Below, piece by piece: positions 25,091 through 37,599 of a stretch of 64,000 bases of DNA (position 1 is the stretch's first letter; every line of letters begins with the position of its first letter). A program made the position numbers and the translations under genes. Below the pieces are notes generated by a model. That model saw only the letters and a program-made list of their open reading frames with translations. It did not search any database and was not told the DNA's origin. Source of the DNA: Podarcis gaigeae. Its lineage: Eukaryota. The stretch lies in the NCBI GenBank assembly GCA_964106915.2, contig OZ066914.1; one strand, 5' to 3'.

Positions 25091-26907
25091 CAAACTTCTT
25101 TCCAAACTTCAGCACTCCAATACTCCAACAAGAAAACTGCTTTGTCATTCTGCTTATAAGAACTTAGTCAATCACCACCTGCTGCTAGGCTTCCTTATCT
25201 CCAAGCAGACTTTCTCACTACTCCATTTAACTTGGCTTGTTACCAACCCACTAACTGTTCACTCCAAAAGCTACTAGAAAACCAAAGTCTCAACAAAATC
25301 ATGCAACATATTCCCCACACATAAGAGCACCAATACCTGCATCTGTGTGGAGGGCTTGTCATTCTGGTGGCAACTGGCTGAGGTGCCCTGCTGACTCTGC
25401 CACCCACTGCTAAAATGGCTAGCCCCTATCTCCTTGCCCCAAACTAGGTGGGGAGTGCAAAAATAATTATGTTAGCACAAACATGCAAGAGGACATTTTC
25501 AGAATTAAATCAAAGTGGTATTACCCAAACCCCATCCCTCATTAATTTCAAACAGGGCTTAAGACTTGTTTTACCATGGCCTTTGCGATCTGTAAGTTGT
25601 ATGCTGTGTTTTTACATCGTTATATTATTTCTTTTCTTTTATGGTATTCTGCTTTATATTTGGATGGACCGTGGATGTTTTAAATGTTAATGGTTTGATG
25701 ATATTTTTAATGGGAAATTTAACATGGTTGTAAACCACTTTGGGAGGCATTTCACAGATATTAAGGGATGAACAGGAAAAGTTGGGAATGCTTTCCAACT
25801 CAGATCAAAAACCAAGCTCTAAGAGGACTCAGGGATTTGAAAGCTTGCTTCTTGCTTGAGGTGGTCTTCTATGAGCCTGCCTCAGGAGAACTTTGTTGAC
25901 ATCTTTGCCTGCATGTGCAATAACTCTTAACAAAGAAAGCCACCCCACAGTAAGTATTTCCTTCTATAGGTGGAGTGCCTGACTCTCCATCAAGGAAGTA
26001 CATTCAAGATCTGAGTAAATCTGAAATTATATACGAGCCAAATAGGGTTAATTTAGTTGGGACACCAGTGGAAACACAAGCAAGGAGCAGCATAGATGTT
26101 TATTACAATACATTTTAAACTAATGCATCAACATTGTTCAGTGGAGGTTCCTACATTAGAGATATATATGATACACATGCCAGCCTTCAATGTTGTGTTG
26201 AACTGTTTGGCAGTACAGTAATTACATAACTGAAGAGAATGCTGTATTTTTAAAGGAATGCTACAGTTGTAGGCATAAAAATAGGAAGGTCGATTCACAA
26301 GTTAGCCAACAGAGGATGCTGTGTAGCAATATATAAAAAACTTCATTCTACAGCTAAAACACTCTCAAAGGCACAATCAATTTCAAACCAAAATGTTTTC
26401 CCAACAAACATGACCATGAAGCAACTTCTTCATTACACTACTCACTCTTCAAGTTCCTTTAGAAAACTGCCAGAGGGGTTTACTTGAACAGTTAAGTAAG
26501 AAGCAACTGCATATAACTCAACATTTTACATGCTTTAAAAATTGCACAGGATCTCTATTAATTGTATGGCTTATATGCATCAGATCTGCATTTACTGGAC
26601 AGCTTTAAAAAATCATTGTTCCTTCTGGTTAAGTAAAGGGCAACAACAATTATGAGAACATGCAATGTAAAGGTAAACACTTCTAACTTCACCAAGAAAC
26701 TTCCTTCTGACTAAAGAAGGAGCTGAGCAACAATGTGCTCACTTTTGCATGTGCCAAATATCAAGTCAGGTCTGTCCCAGCAAAACCAGAATGGATGGTT
26801 TGCTTTTATTTTTAAAAAGCTGTCCAAGATTCTTAATAAAAGAAAGAAAAAAACCCAGTAAGTACAAGTTTACAAGGTGGTCCAAGGACTGAAATTTAAG
26901 TGAAGTA

Positions 26908-27796
26908 CCGTATTTTTCGCTCTATAACACGCACCTGACCATAACACGCACATCGTTTTTAGGAAAACAAGGGGGGGGGGGAATTCTGAATGAAACAATG
27001 GATGTATCATTTTTGTGCTTCATGCTGTGGCCACAGACATGTGATCTGATGGTGAATTTGGGGTGACCCAATGCAAAACTCCTGAGAATCCCTGTGGATC
27101 CATGCTTTGTAACCACGTTTTTGCACCATTGTGGCCCCAGGCAACAGTGGGTGCGTGATTTTTTTGGTGCAGGCTGTAGCCATGGACATGCTATGTGATC
27201 TGATGGTGAATTTGGGGTGACCCAATGCAAAGATCCTGAGGATCCATGTGGATCCATGCTTTGTAACTACATTTTAAGTGGGAAGGGAAGGAAAAACACA
27301 GAAGGGACAAGGAGCATGAGAGGGGTGTGCAGAGAAGCAGCTGGCTAAGAATGCAGGAGAGGGATTTAACAGGAGGGAGGAAAGAAAGGCAAAAGTTCCC
27401 CTCCACACACACCCAAGCCAGCCCTCTCTCTCTCTCTCCCTCTCTCCCACCTGCATGTTTTCTGGCTGCCTGCGAGGAGCAGGGAGAGGAATTAGAAGGA
27501 AGGATGCTCTGCTTGCCTGGAGGGGATTTGCCTGCTCTTTGTTCCGTTTGAGCAAACACAGCAACGAAACACAAGTGGGTGGGCAGTAAGACCCTGAGGC
27601 AGAATGCAGGAAAGCAGCAACTTCCTCTTTTCATGTTTCCCTTCTCCAACACGCAATTTGATTTTTGCCTGATTTTTGTTCCTGCGCTTGCCCTAGTCGG
27701 CTCCAGGGACCACACATTCGCTCAATAACACGCACAGACATTTCCCCTTCCTTTTTAGGAGAAAAAAATCTGCGTGTTATAGAGAGAAAAATATGG
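26908..27796. mobile_element. Tc2-like non-autonomous DNA transposon, longer form
   Basis: TA + CCGTATTTTTCGCTCTATAACACGCA ... TGCGTGTTATAGAGAGAAAAATATGG + TA; internal direct duplication of ~90 bp. Confidence 0.88.
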
Positions 27797-27949
27797 TAAG
27801 TCCCTGCATCCCTTCCTTCATTGTCTCCCCTCCTTTCTTTAGCAGCACAATGGAAAGCATGGAATCTGCCTTGCAGGTTTCAAAGGGGGCCAAATACCCC
27901 CAGAAAGGATGGTACACGATGAACTACCAATCCTTACAGAACACTTATG

Positions 27950-28283
27950 CAGGAGTCAGCAAACTTACCGTGCCTTGGGCCAGTGTCTCCAGCGCCAAAC
28001 GAGCGGCGGGCCGGAGGAGTGCGTGCCCTCATGCGTGTGCACATACTATTTCTGGTGCACTTCCGGGTCGGAAGAGCACCGGAAATAGCTTGTGCACATG
28101 CCTCCTCCGACCCAGATGTGCACCAGAAAGAACGCTTGTGCATACGCAAATAACGCTTGCACATGCGCACAAGCTATTTCCGGTGCTCCTCCGACCCGGA
28201 AGTGGGCAGCCACGCAGCGCAGTGCCATATAAACGAGTCCCTCGGGCCTTACCCAGCCCACAGGCCTTAGTTTGGGGACCCTG
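27950..28283. mobile_element. hAT-type MITE with palindromic interior
   Basis: TIR CAGGAGTCAGCAAACT ... AGTTTGGGGACCCTG; perfect 8-bp TSD CACTTATG at 27942-27949 and 28284-28291. Confidence 0.9.
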
Positions 28284-29213
28284 CACTTATGCAATAAATA
28301 GGACAACTATTTTTCCTACTTGCTATCCTCTAAGGTTCAGGCTGGAGCTTGAGGGTGCTGTTAGAGCTGGCCCCATCTGTGGAAACCCAAGTGGATTCTG
28401 TCGCTGAAATTATGTTCCACCAACAACAGCTGTTGCACTAGTTCCAACCCCATAGAGAAAGTTTTGCCAGTTATTCATGTACTAGTGGCAATCCATTTAG
28501 ACTATTTTAATGAGCCAGTGTGCATTTGAAGACTACAAGGAAACTTCAACTAAAACAACAAACAGCAGCTAGATTTCTAACTGGGATTCGTCAAATGGAA
28601 TCCCTCTCAAAACTATGAAACTTCACTGGCTACTAGTACATTTACAGACACAAGTTAACGAGCTGGTCCTCATATTTAAAGCCTCAAATGGCTTAAGATC
28701 CAGATACTTAGCGGACTGCCTCCCCCACATGAACTTGCCAATCTAAACACCATCTTTGTAGGCCCTTTGAGGCTTCTCCCTGCCTTCTAAGGTAAGTGAT
28801 GATCACAAAGGGGACCTTCTGTTGTGCATACCTATTGAGGAATGTTCTTCCCCAGGGAGATCTGACTGTCCTCAATTATGATGTGTTTTCACTGCAACAC
28901 AAATAGATTAAATTTACCCAAAAATTTTGTTTTGCGTTTTTCTGGTTTGTTTGTTTTTGTTTACTTAGATTATGTCGAAGCAGCCCTTAATTATCTGGTT
29001 TTATACTTTTATCCTCTTAAATGCTAAGCCACTCTTAAACACTACAATGGAAGAGCAGAATAATATTGTAAGTATTGATTAATAACTATCAAACAAAAAG
29101 TATGGATGAGGGTGAAAGGCATCTGGGAAAATTTACAGGCACTGTGAGACATGGAAGTGTCAGGCCTGCTGGTCCATCCTACATCTCTATCTCAGTTGTG
29201 TCTGTGTGGCTTC

Positions 29214-29306
29214 TTCTCATCCTGAAGCAAAGTTCTTAATCCGAGGTACTATCTCTTGGTTAGCGGAGTCTGTAACCCAAAGTGTATGTAACCCAAGGTA
29301 CCACTG
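29214..29306. mobile_element. Partial CAGTGGTACC-family MITE
   Basis: One TIR (GGTACCACTG + TA) plus adjacent family sequence. Confidence 0.8.
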
Positions 29307-29708
29307 TATAGGTACAACTTGGCAACCCTAACACTTGTTTTTATAAGTTTGTTATTTTTTAATTTCTAATATGAAGAATAAAAATCCATTTCCAATATAT
29401 ATTTATAGATTGCACAAGTCAGAGGAAATAGTGGTAAGTTCTTGCAAGATAAGCTTTGTAAGAAAAACATTACAAAACTAATACTTAGGCTTGTAAAAAA
29501 TATTTTAACTAGTTGCAGAATCCTCCATTATTCTCTCAGCTGCTCTACTACCCCACCTATGTAAACAACAGAATATGTGCAAATAAGTTCTACAAGGATG
29601 GCAACAGAGAGGTTACTCCAGACTCCCTGTCTGGACAGGGGGGGGGGGATATTTGCCTTCTACATCACAGCCTTTCAGGTATTTGAAGAGGGCTATACTG
29701 TCTCCTTA

Positions 29709-30201
29709 TAGGTCCGTATAGTTAAAGCTATGTTTTTCCCAGTAGTGATGTATGGAAGTGAGAGCTGGACCATAAAGAAGGCTGATCGCCGAAGAATTGA
29801 TGCTTTTGAATTATGGTGCTAGAGGAGTCTCTTGAGAGTCCCATGGACTGCTAGAAGATCACACCTATCCATTCTTTTCAGGAAATCAGCCCTGAGTGCT
29901 CACTGGAAGGACAGATCATGAAGCTGAGGCTCCAATACTCTGGCCACCTCATGCAGAAGAGAAGACTACCTGGAAAAGACCTCTTCTCATGAGAAGAGAA
30001 GACTACCTGGAAAAGACCCTGATGTTGGGAAAGATTGAGGGCACAAGGAGAAGGGGACGACAGAGGATGAGATGGTTGGACAGTGTTCTCGAAGCTACCA
30101 GCATGAGTTTGACCAAACTACAGGAGGCTATAGAAGACAGGAGTGCCTGGCGTGCTCTGGTCCATGGGGTCATGAAGAGTCAGACACGACTAAACAACAA
30201 C
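29709..30201 (+). mobile_element. 5'-truncated BovB-like RTE LINE
   Basis: Peptide LMRREDYLEKTLMLGKIEGTRRRGRQRMRWLDSV; (CAA)n tail; TSD ATACTGTCTCCT / ATACTCTCTCCT. Confidence 0.92.
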
Positions 30202-30214
30202 ATACTCTCTCCTA

Positions 30215-30534
30215 GGGATGCGGGTGGTGCTGTGGATTAAACTACAGAGCCTAGGACTTGCCGAACAGAAGGTTGGTGGTTCGAATCCCCATGACAGGGT
30301 GAGCTCCTGTTGCTCACCCTGCTCCTGCCAACCTAGCAGTTCAAAAGCACGTCCCAGCGGGAAGGTAAACGCTGTTTCCGTGCGCTGTTCTGGTTCGCCA
30401 TAAGTGGCTTAGTCATGCTGGCCACATGACCCAGAAGCTGTACGCCGGCTCCCTCGGCCAATAAAGCAAGATGAGCACCGCAAACCCAGAGTCGGCCACG
30501 ACTGGACCTAATGGTCAGGGGTCCCTTTACCTTT
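30215..30534 (+). mobile_element. Sauria-type SINE
   Basis: GGGATGCGGGTGG head with B box GGTTCGAATCC; ends in the (ACCTTT)-type tail; similar to 43048-43402. Confidence 0.9.
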
Positions 30535-30777
30535 ATACTTTCTCTCCCCACCCCACTCTTTTCCAGACAAAACATACCCAGCTCCTTCTTCAACCTTTCC
30601 TCACAGGACTTCTTTCCCATGTTATAAACCTCATTGAAAGCATATTTTGCCTCGAAAGGGTATTTCCATGTATAACCACGCACAAAAGCTTCAATCTATT
30701 CAGGCCATACTTCATATTCTGGCCCAGCATCATGTGACAATTGCTATGGCGAGACTGGAACAACTGATGACCTATGC

Positions 30778-31234
30778 CAGTGGTTTTCAATCAGTGTGCC
30801 ATGGCACCCTGGGGTGCCTTGAATGATGGTCAGGGGTACCACGGGCAACACTTGCCTCTGTCCCTCTTTCCTTCCCTCCCTCCTCTGATGCCCTCTCATG
30901 TCTCTGCCTCCCAAAGGCTTGCACAGCTTTTTATTACAGCCCTGGCTGTAAACTCTGCAGGCAAAAGGTGCCTCTGGGAGCCACCTTTCTTTGGGGCAGA
31001 GAGTGGGGCAGCTCAGAGACCAGGGGCAGCAGCAGGACTCCCATGGAGAGGGGAGAGGAGAAGAGGCTGAGGGAACACTCCACAAGGGAGGGTGTTTACA
31101 AAAAGGTGAGAGGAAGCCAGCTCTGCAGGCAAGGGGTGACATAACTGGGTTCCTGAGCCCCACAGGGGTGCCACAGAAAGAGTGTACGGTAGTTGGTTAA
31201 AGGAGTTGTGGACTGAAAAGGTTGGAAACCTCTG
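30778..31234. mobile_element. hAT-type MITE
   Basis: TIR CAGTGGTTTTCAA ... TTGGAAACCTCTG; TSD ACCTATGC / CCTTATGC (6/8). Confidence 0.75.
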
Positions 31235-31261
31235 CCTTATGCTGTGGGATGAATATCTCCT

Positions 31262-31532
31262 AAAGGTAAAGGTAAAGGTACCCCTGCCCGTACGGGCCAG
31301 TCTTGACAGACTCTGGGGTTGTGCGCCCATCTCACTTAAGAGGCCAGGGGCCAGCGCTGTCCGGAGACACTTCCGGGTCACGTGGCCAGCGTGACATCGC
31401 TGCTCTGGCGAGCCAGAGCCGCACACGGAAACGCCGTTTACCTTCCCGCTGGTAAGCGGTCCCTATTTAACTACTTGCACCCGGAGGTGCTTTCGAACTG
31501 CTAGGTTGGCAGGCGCTGGGACCGAGCAGCGG
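31262..31532 (-). mobile_element. 5'-truncated Sauria-type SINE, CpG-rich subfamily
   Basis: (AAAGGT)3 tail on the + strand; flanking ATCTCCTA duplication; CpGs largely retained, suggesting a young copy. Confidence 0.85.
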
Positions 31533-31604
31533 GTACACATCTCCTAGAGGTACACAATTTGTGTATTTTGTGCATGGGTGTAGACAGATTGGGGATTTTA
31601 TTTA

Positions 31605-31810
31605 TTATTACATTTATAGCCCACCTTTTATTCCCAAAGAGCTAAAGAATAGAAAACACTTCTTCCCCTCTCTATTTTATCCTCACAATAACCATGTGAC
31701 GTATGTTAGGCTAAGAGACAATGACTAGCCTAAAGTCTCACCCAGTAGGCTTCAAAGCTGAGTAGGGACCTGAATCCTGGCCTCCTAGGTCCTAGCTCAA
31801 CACTCCAACA
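31605..31810 (-). mobile_element. Old MIR-like / L2-tailed SINE
   Basis: TTTATCCTCACAA.AACC.TGTGA..TA.GTTAGG core, with a tRNA-like end on the minus strand. Confidence 0.6.
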
Positions 31811-32193
31811 ACTTCTTCACAATGGCTTTGTGCTGTCCAGCACTCCTGATTGAGGAACAAGAGACAGCTGTGTAGAGGAAAACTACATTGTTTTTTCCAG
31901 GATAGTAAGATTTTATCTGGATTAACATGTCCAGTTCCCAAATGTTAAAACTGAGAGGTACTTTTCTGTAAGACAGGTACAGGTACAAGTTTCCAAACTA
32001 GCTGTGTTTCAACACACAGGAACCACCTCAAAGCATGTATTAAAGGAGTGGAATTTTGACTTACCTATATGGACAAACCACAATGTTATTGGAAACAAAG
32101 ATGGTTTTATTTATCTATCTTAAATAATGAGAGAGGTATATGGATAGGCTATCTCAGGCTGAAGTAATTCTTACAAGTTTTAATTTTAATATA

Positions 32194-32366
32194 CAGTGGT
32201 ACCTCGGGTTACATACACTTCAGGTTACATATGCTTCAGGTTACAGACTCCGCAAACCCAGAAATAGTGCTTCAGGTTAAGAACTTTGCTTCAGGATGAG
32301 AACAGAAATCGGGCTCCAGCGGTGGACCTCTGGAACGAATTAAGTACTTAACCCGAGGTACCACTG
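32194..32366. mobile_element. Internally deleted CAGTGGTACC-family MITE
   Basis: TIR CAGTGGTACCTCGGGTTA ... TAACCCGAGGTACCACTG; TA TSD. Confidence 0.92.
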
Positions 32367-34499
32367 TAGTTGCCTGATGTTTTTTGTTAATGTAAATATA
32401 ACCCCGAGGACCTTTAGTGGCCAATATGAGCAAGATCAAATCATAGTGCAAGCAGACATCCTGCACATCTGGGCTTCGTCTTCCTCTCCACACACCCATG
32501 TGCCCCTAAAATCTGTTCAGGAAGGGAAAATAGAAGACAGAAGATCTGCTGGGCAAACTGGTGGACATCACTAGATGTTACTTTTACATACAGCAGGCTA
32601 GTAGTAAGGAGGTAAAGAAACTAAAGGTGGTATTCAGCTATTTTTTATGCAGAGAAGACTCATAAAAATGAAAGTGACAAAAATAGGTTGATTAATTTCT
32701 CTGGGTTTACTCGGAGTAAACCTTAGTTGAATACCACCCTTGGTTAACTTGGAAAAGTGCTCTGTTTTACTCTAGGTTGCTCTCAACTATAATCTCAAGT
32801 ATGTGGCTACATGTGTAGAATGAGCAATTTGCCTAAGGCACTAAACATGTCACATTATCTGAGAAAGTGAGAAGCAGCTTGTGGACTGTCAACAGCATGA
32901 GCAAAGTCCAGAAATAATGTCTGTAGCGTATCTCTTAAGCCCATGGACAATATGCCCATGTTTCAGTACTCTCTGATAATCATTTACCTAGACTGGGGGT
33001 TCCCAAACGGTGGTCCACAGACCATCAGCTTTGTTTGTGTGGTCCACAGCATGCCTGTGAAGAACGCTTACAATTTGAATTCTGCAGAATTCTGTGGAAT
33101 TCAAATTGTACTACAATAAAATAGCGTGTAAGATATAAAAAGCCATTTTTTTTTTAATCTTAAGGCTTATAGCACAGTGCATTACCACTGCTATAAAAGG
33201 CAAAAGAAAAAAGGAGCAAAGAGTGCTCTGCCAATTCCCTAAGCATTTTTAAAGAGGGGGTGGGATTTGGGAACAACTGATCAAGATTATGCAGTTTTCA
33301 CAAGATGTAATCTCCTAGGTAGAGCTACAGACAGGCACATCCACACATTATCTGACAGGTTGATGGAATTATCAGGTCAGTGATAATCAGGATGAAGGTT
33401 GTTTTGGTGTGGCAGAAAAGAACTAATGGAAAAATATTATGTAATTTGATTGCAAAAGTTGGAAAGTCTTGGGAGCTGTCCAATGGAACTGATTATAAAA
33501 TTAAATTAGTATGTCTATACTCAGCCATCAAGCTGTATGTTTTTTCCTCAGAAACTTATATTTAAATTTTTAAGAATGGATTAAAAAGTGGTTCATCTGA
33601 TTCCTAGAGTTGTATTAAGACAATTAACATAACACCGTTTGTGAACTGTTTAAAATTTTGCACTTTTGTACAAGTATCTAAGCGTCTTTTTAGCACACAA
33701 CATGCTTGTGTTCCCAAAATGTTATCTATGAAAAAAATACGTAAAACATATTTTTATTTGGACCTTTTACTGTATGAAAACAAAAACATTACATTAGCAC
33801 AAGCCTGTTCAAGGTAAGGCCCAAGCGCAGACCATTGTCCTCTTCCTAACTATGTGCAGCTTCAGCCATACATAGCCTTTTCCTATCTCTCTCTCTGCAA
33901 ATCTGCAGGCCAAACAGGTTTCCCAGTATTGGGGGATGAAGGGATGGGAGCTTATCTAGTACGTTCTGTCACTGCTTCTTACCATGAGGATCTGATGGAG
34001 TTAGAACTAGTTTTTCCAGTCTGTTGGAACCTGACTAATCTGATTGAGACAGTGAGAATTACTAATTAATAATGAAAACTAGTTGTGAAACTCCAGCTAC
34101 TGAACTCAGAAGAAATAAAGATGGGGTGGGGATGAGAAAGAGACAAGAAAAAAGGGGAAAGATAGGGATACAGAATATGTACTACTGCAGAAAGACAAGA
34201 ATGAATATTATGGGATACAGAGAGGGGTAAAGAGTTGTGGAGAGTGGTGTGAACTTAGGGTTCTTGTTCCTTTTGCATTTTACACACTGACCGCATCAAC
34301 CATTTTGGAATGATTCTTTTGGAATATCACACTTCTATATCTTCCACAAGTGATACTAGGCAAAGATACACTCTGGGACAAAACAAGAATTTCAGTTAAC
34401 ATAAATGAGTATGGTCGTAATGCATGCATCACTGCACAAAGAGCATGGGGTTGCGTACTGAAATTCCCAGTGCCAGTAAAACTTCTCCTCTTATCTTAC

Positions 34500-34987
34500 T
34501 GTTGCACACCACCCCAATCTCCACAGCAGTGCCAGATTTCAGGGGTCAGGCACTTACCCAGGGTTTGTGTTTCCTTTTGGAAATAAGGCACAGTAGAGAC
34601 TGTGGTGTCTTTAAGATACATGGTTTATTTATACATACTGTATATACAACCTAAACCTTCCAGGATTACAGTCCCAAGAGGGTTTCATTTCTTCCATTTC
34701 TGCAGCCTTGGAGTCACACTGTCTGCCCCCATTGTGCTCTCTCCCCACTTTCACCAGCCTGCTGCAACTTACAACTATGTTCCCTCCAGTTTACATCATT
34801 TCCCACTGCAATCCTGAAACTCCCTTCTAAAAACTCTGGCAATGTCGTCTGGTAACTACCCACAGCTCAGAGTGAAGCTCCACCCATTTGCTGTCCAGCA
34901 CAGAGAGTCTCTGTTAATGGCTCATATTCCCTGCCTTTGTTTGCTTAACAAACCAGCCATTATCAGGCTGGCCTGTATTTTTACACA
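34500..34987 (-). mobile_element. Probable solo LTR, same family as 41604-42105
   Basis: Shares TGTTG..ACCCCAAT start and TTTCCTTTTGGAA..AGAGACTGTGGTGTCTTT with the second copy; AATAAA on the minus strand. TSD not resolved. Confidence 0.55.
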
Positions 34988-35027
34988 GCTAAATGCAGCA
35001 AAGCACTGATGAAATTATAGCACTTAA

Positions 35028-36153
35028 GGGGGCCACTAGGGGCGCATCAGAAGATGGCTGACAATAACATCTCTCTGACCCACACGAGGTAATTTGGAGG
35101 CTGTGATGGGAGTAAATAGCCTCCCTACCCCCCCCAGGATTGTGGGGGAGGACTGCCCTTGCCTGCTGTGCCCTATACCACCCCCGAATTTGTGGGGATG
35201 GGGGCACTAGTCACAATGCCCTCCTGTGGGATTTCGGCGCTCCTGGACGCCGTCTCTGATCCGCGCCACTAGCTGCAAGAACTTCAAAAGAAACAATTTG
35301 GATGAAGCGAATGCACATATTTCAAGGAAGGAGGGGGAGTAAAGACTGCTAACAGAAGAGATCTCTGATAAAACAAGACGAGTAGGAGGAACAAGTATAA
35401 ATCATGAGAAGATATGCCAAGACTCGGTATGGCAAGGGGACTGATGGGGGAGGGGGGGAAACTTTCCTTTCTTTCCTTTATGTGATTAAACAAGAATCGG
35501 CCCCCCTCACAAGTCAGAAATGTCGTTTTAAGGACTTAAGCTGTGGATTTAAAGCTGTGTGGAGATAAACTTTCGAACCAAAGCATGTTTTAAGAAGAGC
35601 GTGGAATGCATAAGGGCTTTGGAATGACGCAGTTAAAAGTGCCGTCGCCATATTGGGAAGTTCTGTCAGAGGACTTAAGTCTGGGAGGAGAAATAGAGAA
35701 ATAGAGCTGTTTTTATATTGTGGGTGAAACTCCTCAGAGGGACTTAAGAGCGACAGTTCTGTAATTAATGATGGAAAGAGCGATGTTATCTATGAAGGTG
35801 ATGATATATGGAAACCATCTCGATTTGAGGATTGGAAGAATGGAAAAATTCACACAGGATTATTATTGGTGTTTATTGGCTTAAGGAGACTATCAGAAGA
35901 GATCATAAACAAAAAAGAGAAAATATATGAACAAGATGTGATGTGGAAACAACAAGATAAGACTGGATAGAATTATGAACTTTGTTTGGACTGATTTGGA
36001 CATTAACGCAGCAGCAAGAAGATGATCAGAACCCCCCCTTCGGATCTTGAAATATGGGTCCCCTCAACAAAATTTAAAATTCGGCTTTGTAATTCGGAAT
36101 TTATGTGATGTGATTTGATTTGATTGGCTGGTTAATAAAAATTATTTTTAAAA
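35028..36153 (+). mobile_element. ORF-less poly(A) retroposon with 16-bp TSD
   Basis: AAATTATAGCACTTAA at 35012-35027 and 36154-36169; GC-rich 5' end with AAGATGGC; AATAAA at 36134 followed by an A-rich tail. Confidence 0.85.
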
Positions 36154-37599
36154 AAATTATAGCACTTAATTTACGGCACCCAAAACCCCATAAAATCACA
36201 ATATAAACTGCCCCAGGCCACTACACAAGTCAGTACTGCCATCAGGATTTCTGTGTCAGCACTACAGAACAACGTGCCCATAATATGAAAGTGTATCACA
36301 AGAGTACTATAGAAGAGCAAGAAAGACAAGGCTAGGAATATCTTAAATGAAACCAGAGCAAAATATGCCAACAAAAGTGTATATCAAGGGCACTTGGAGT
36401 TGTTACTAGAAGCATATGTGGCAGAGTTAAACAAGTAATGCCTATTTGCCTCCACAGGATGCTATTTTAGCTATTGTGGGAGATGAATCTGTGCATAGTT
36501 CAGCGAATGGGATGGAGATGTAGGATTAATTAAATTTTAAAGGTACTATTGGTGAAGAATTCCAAATAAATCAAGAGCTACTAGCTGGCATATACTGACA
36601 TGAACAGAAGCTGGTTTAATAAAAGCAATTCTACATGGCTTTTTAATTTCTTAAGGGGAAAATCTACGTTATTCATGACCCAAGATGCATATATTATAAT
36701 ACACTGGCAGTTCACTAGGGCCAAGAATTAAATCTATTGATTACATTAACATAAAAGAGAGCATGTTTCAAAAACTTATACAGGTCAGTTGCAGAGCAAT
36801 CAAACAAAAGCATAACTTATTTTTTTTACTTAGCTCCTAATGAGATCCTTTACATTATACAAAAGCTCTAAAAACTTTCTGCTTTATGTTCTTTTAATTC
36901 TGCTTTAAATTTCCATTTCTGAAGCTTTAGCTTTATTATTGCTTTTTCCTTTAAAAAAAATCTTGTAAGCTATGTCAGGTTGTAGAAAATTTGTAGAAAT
37001 TGTAGAAAATTGGGGTACATATAAGATAACCTCGGTATACCATAGGCATCCTAACCCTTAAGGGATCCAAGCACAGGATAAAACTATTCTAGTAAGCTCC
37101 ATTCTACCAGTAAGATGTCTTACATGAATTTAATAATGACCCTAAATAAATATTTATTGGGAGAAAGGGCCAAAAAGCAGACAGATACAAAGGATTATCC
37201 CCACTTTCCTTGGATCAAAAAAATCTATAATGACTACCAATTCCTGCTTCTGAACTCTCAATCTCTATGATTGAACCGAAGCACAACACTTAACAAGATA
37301 ATGTCTCCCCCCACTCCAATGCATGTGGCCAGAAAACCATCCACATCAATAACCAACATCACTAAAAACATTACCTCTAGAAGTATACATCAGGAAAGAG
37401 GTTTTTTTAAAACCCTGACTACAACTATAAAAGAAAGAACTACCGGTAATCTTATCAATCTTACTGCGCAGCTGAAGCTTTCGCTGGGCAGAGAAATTTA
37501 AATAATTCAAGTACAGCCTTACTCTCCCCGCCCCAAATCTGCCACAGCGCCGATTACAGAAAAGCAGCATCAGCAGAATGTGAAGTGATAGGCTAATCC

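Noticed and set aside
27021-27265. CRISPR-like or satellite repeat
   Set aside because: Only two ~90-bp units inside a DNA transposon in vertebrate DNA; a simple internal duplication.
27191-28407. 174-aa and 204-aa ORFs
   Set aside because: They lie within non-autonomous DNA transposons and show no transposase or other recognisable motif.
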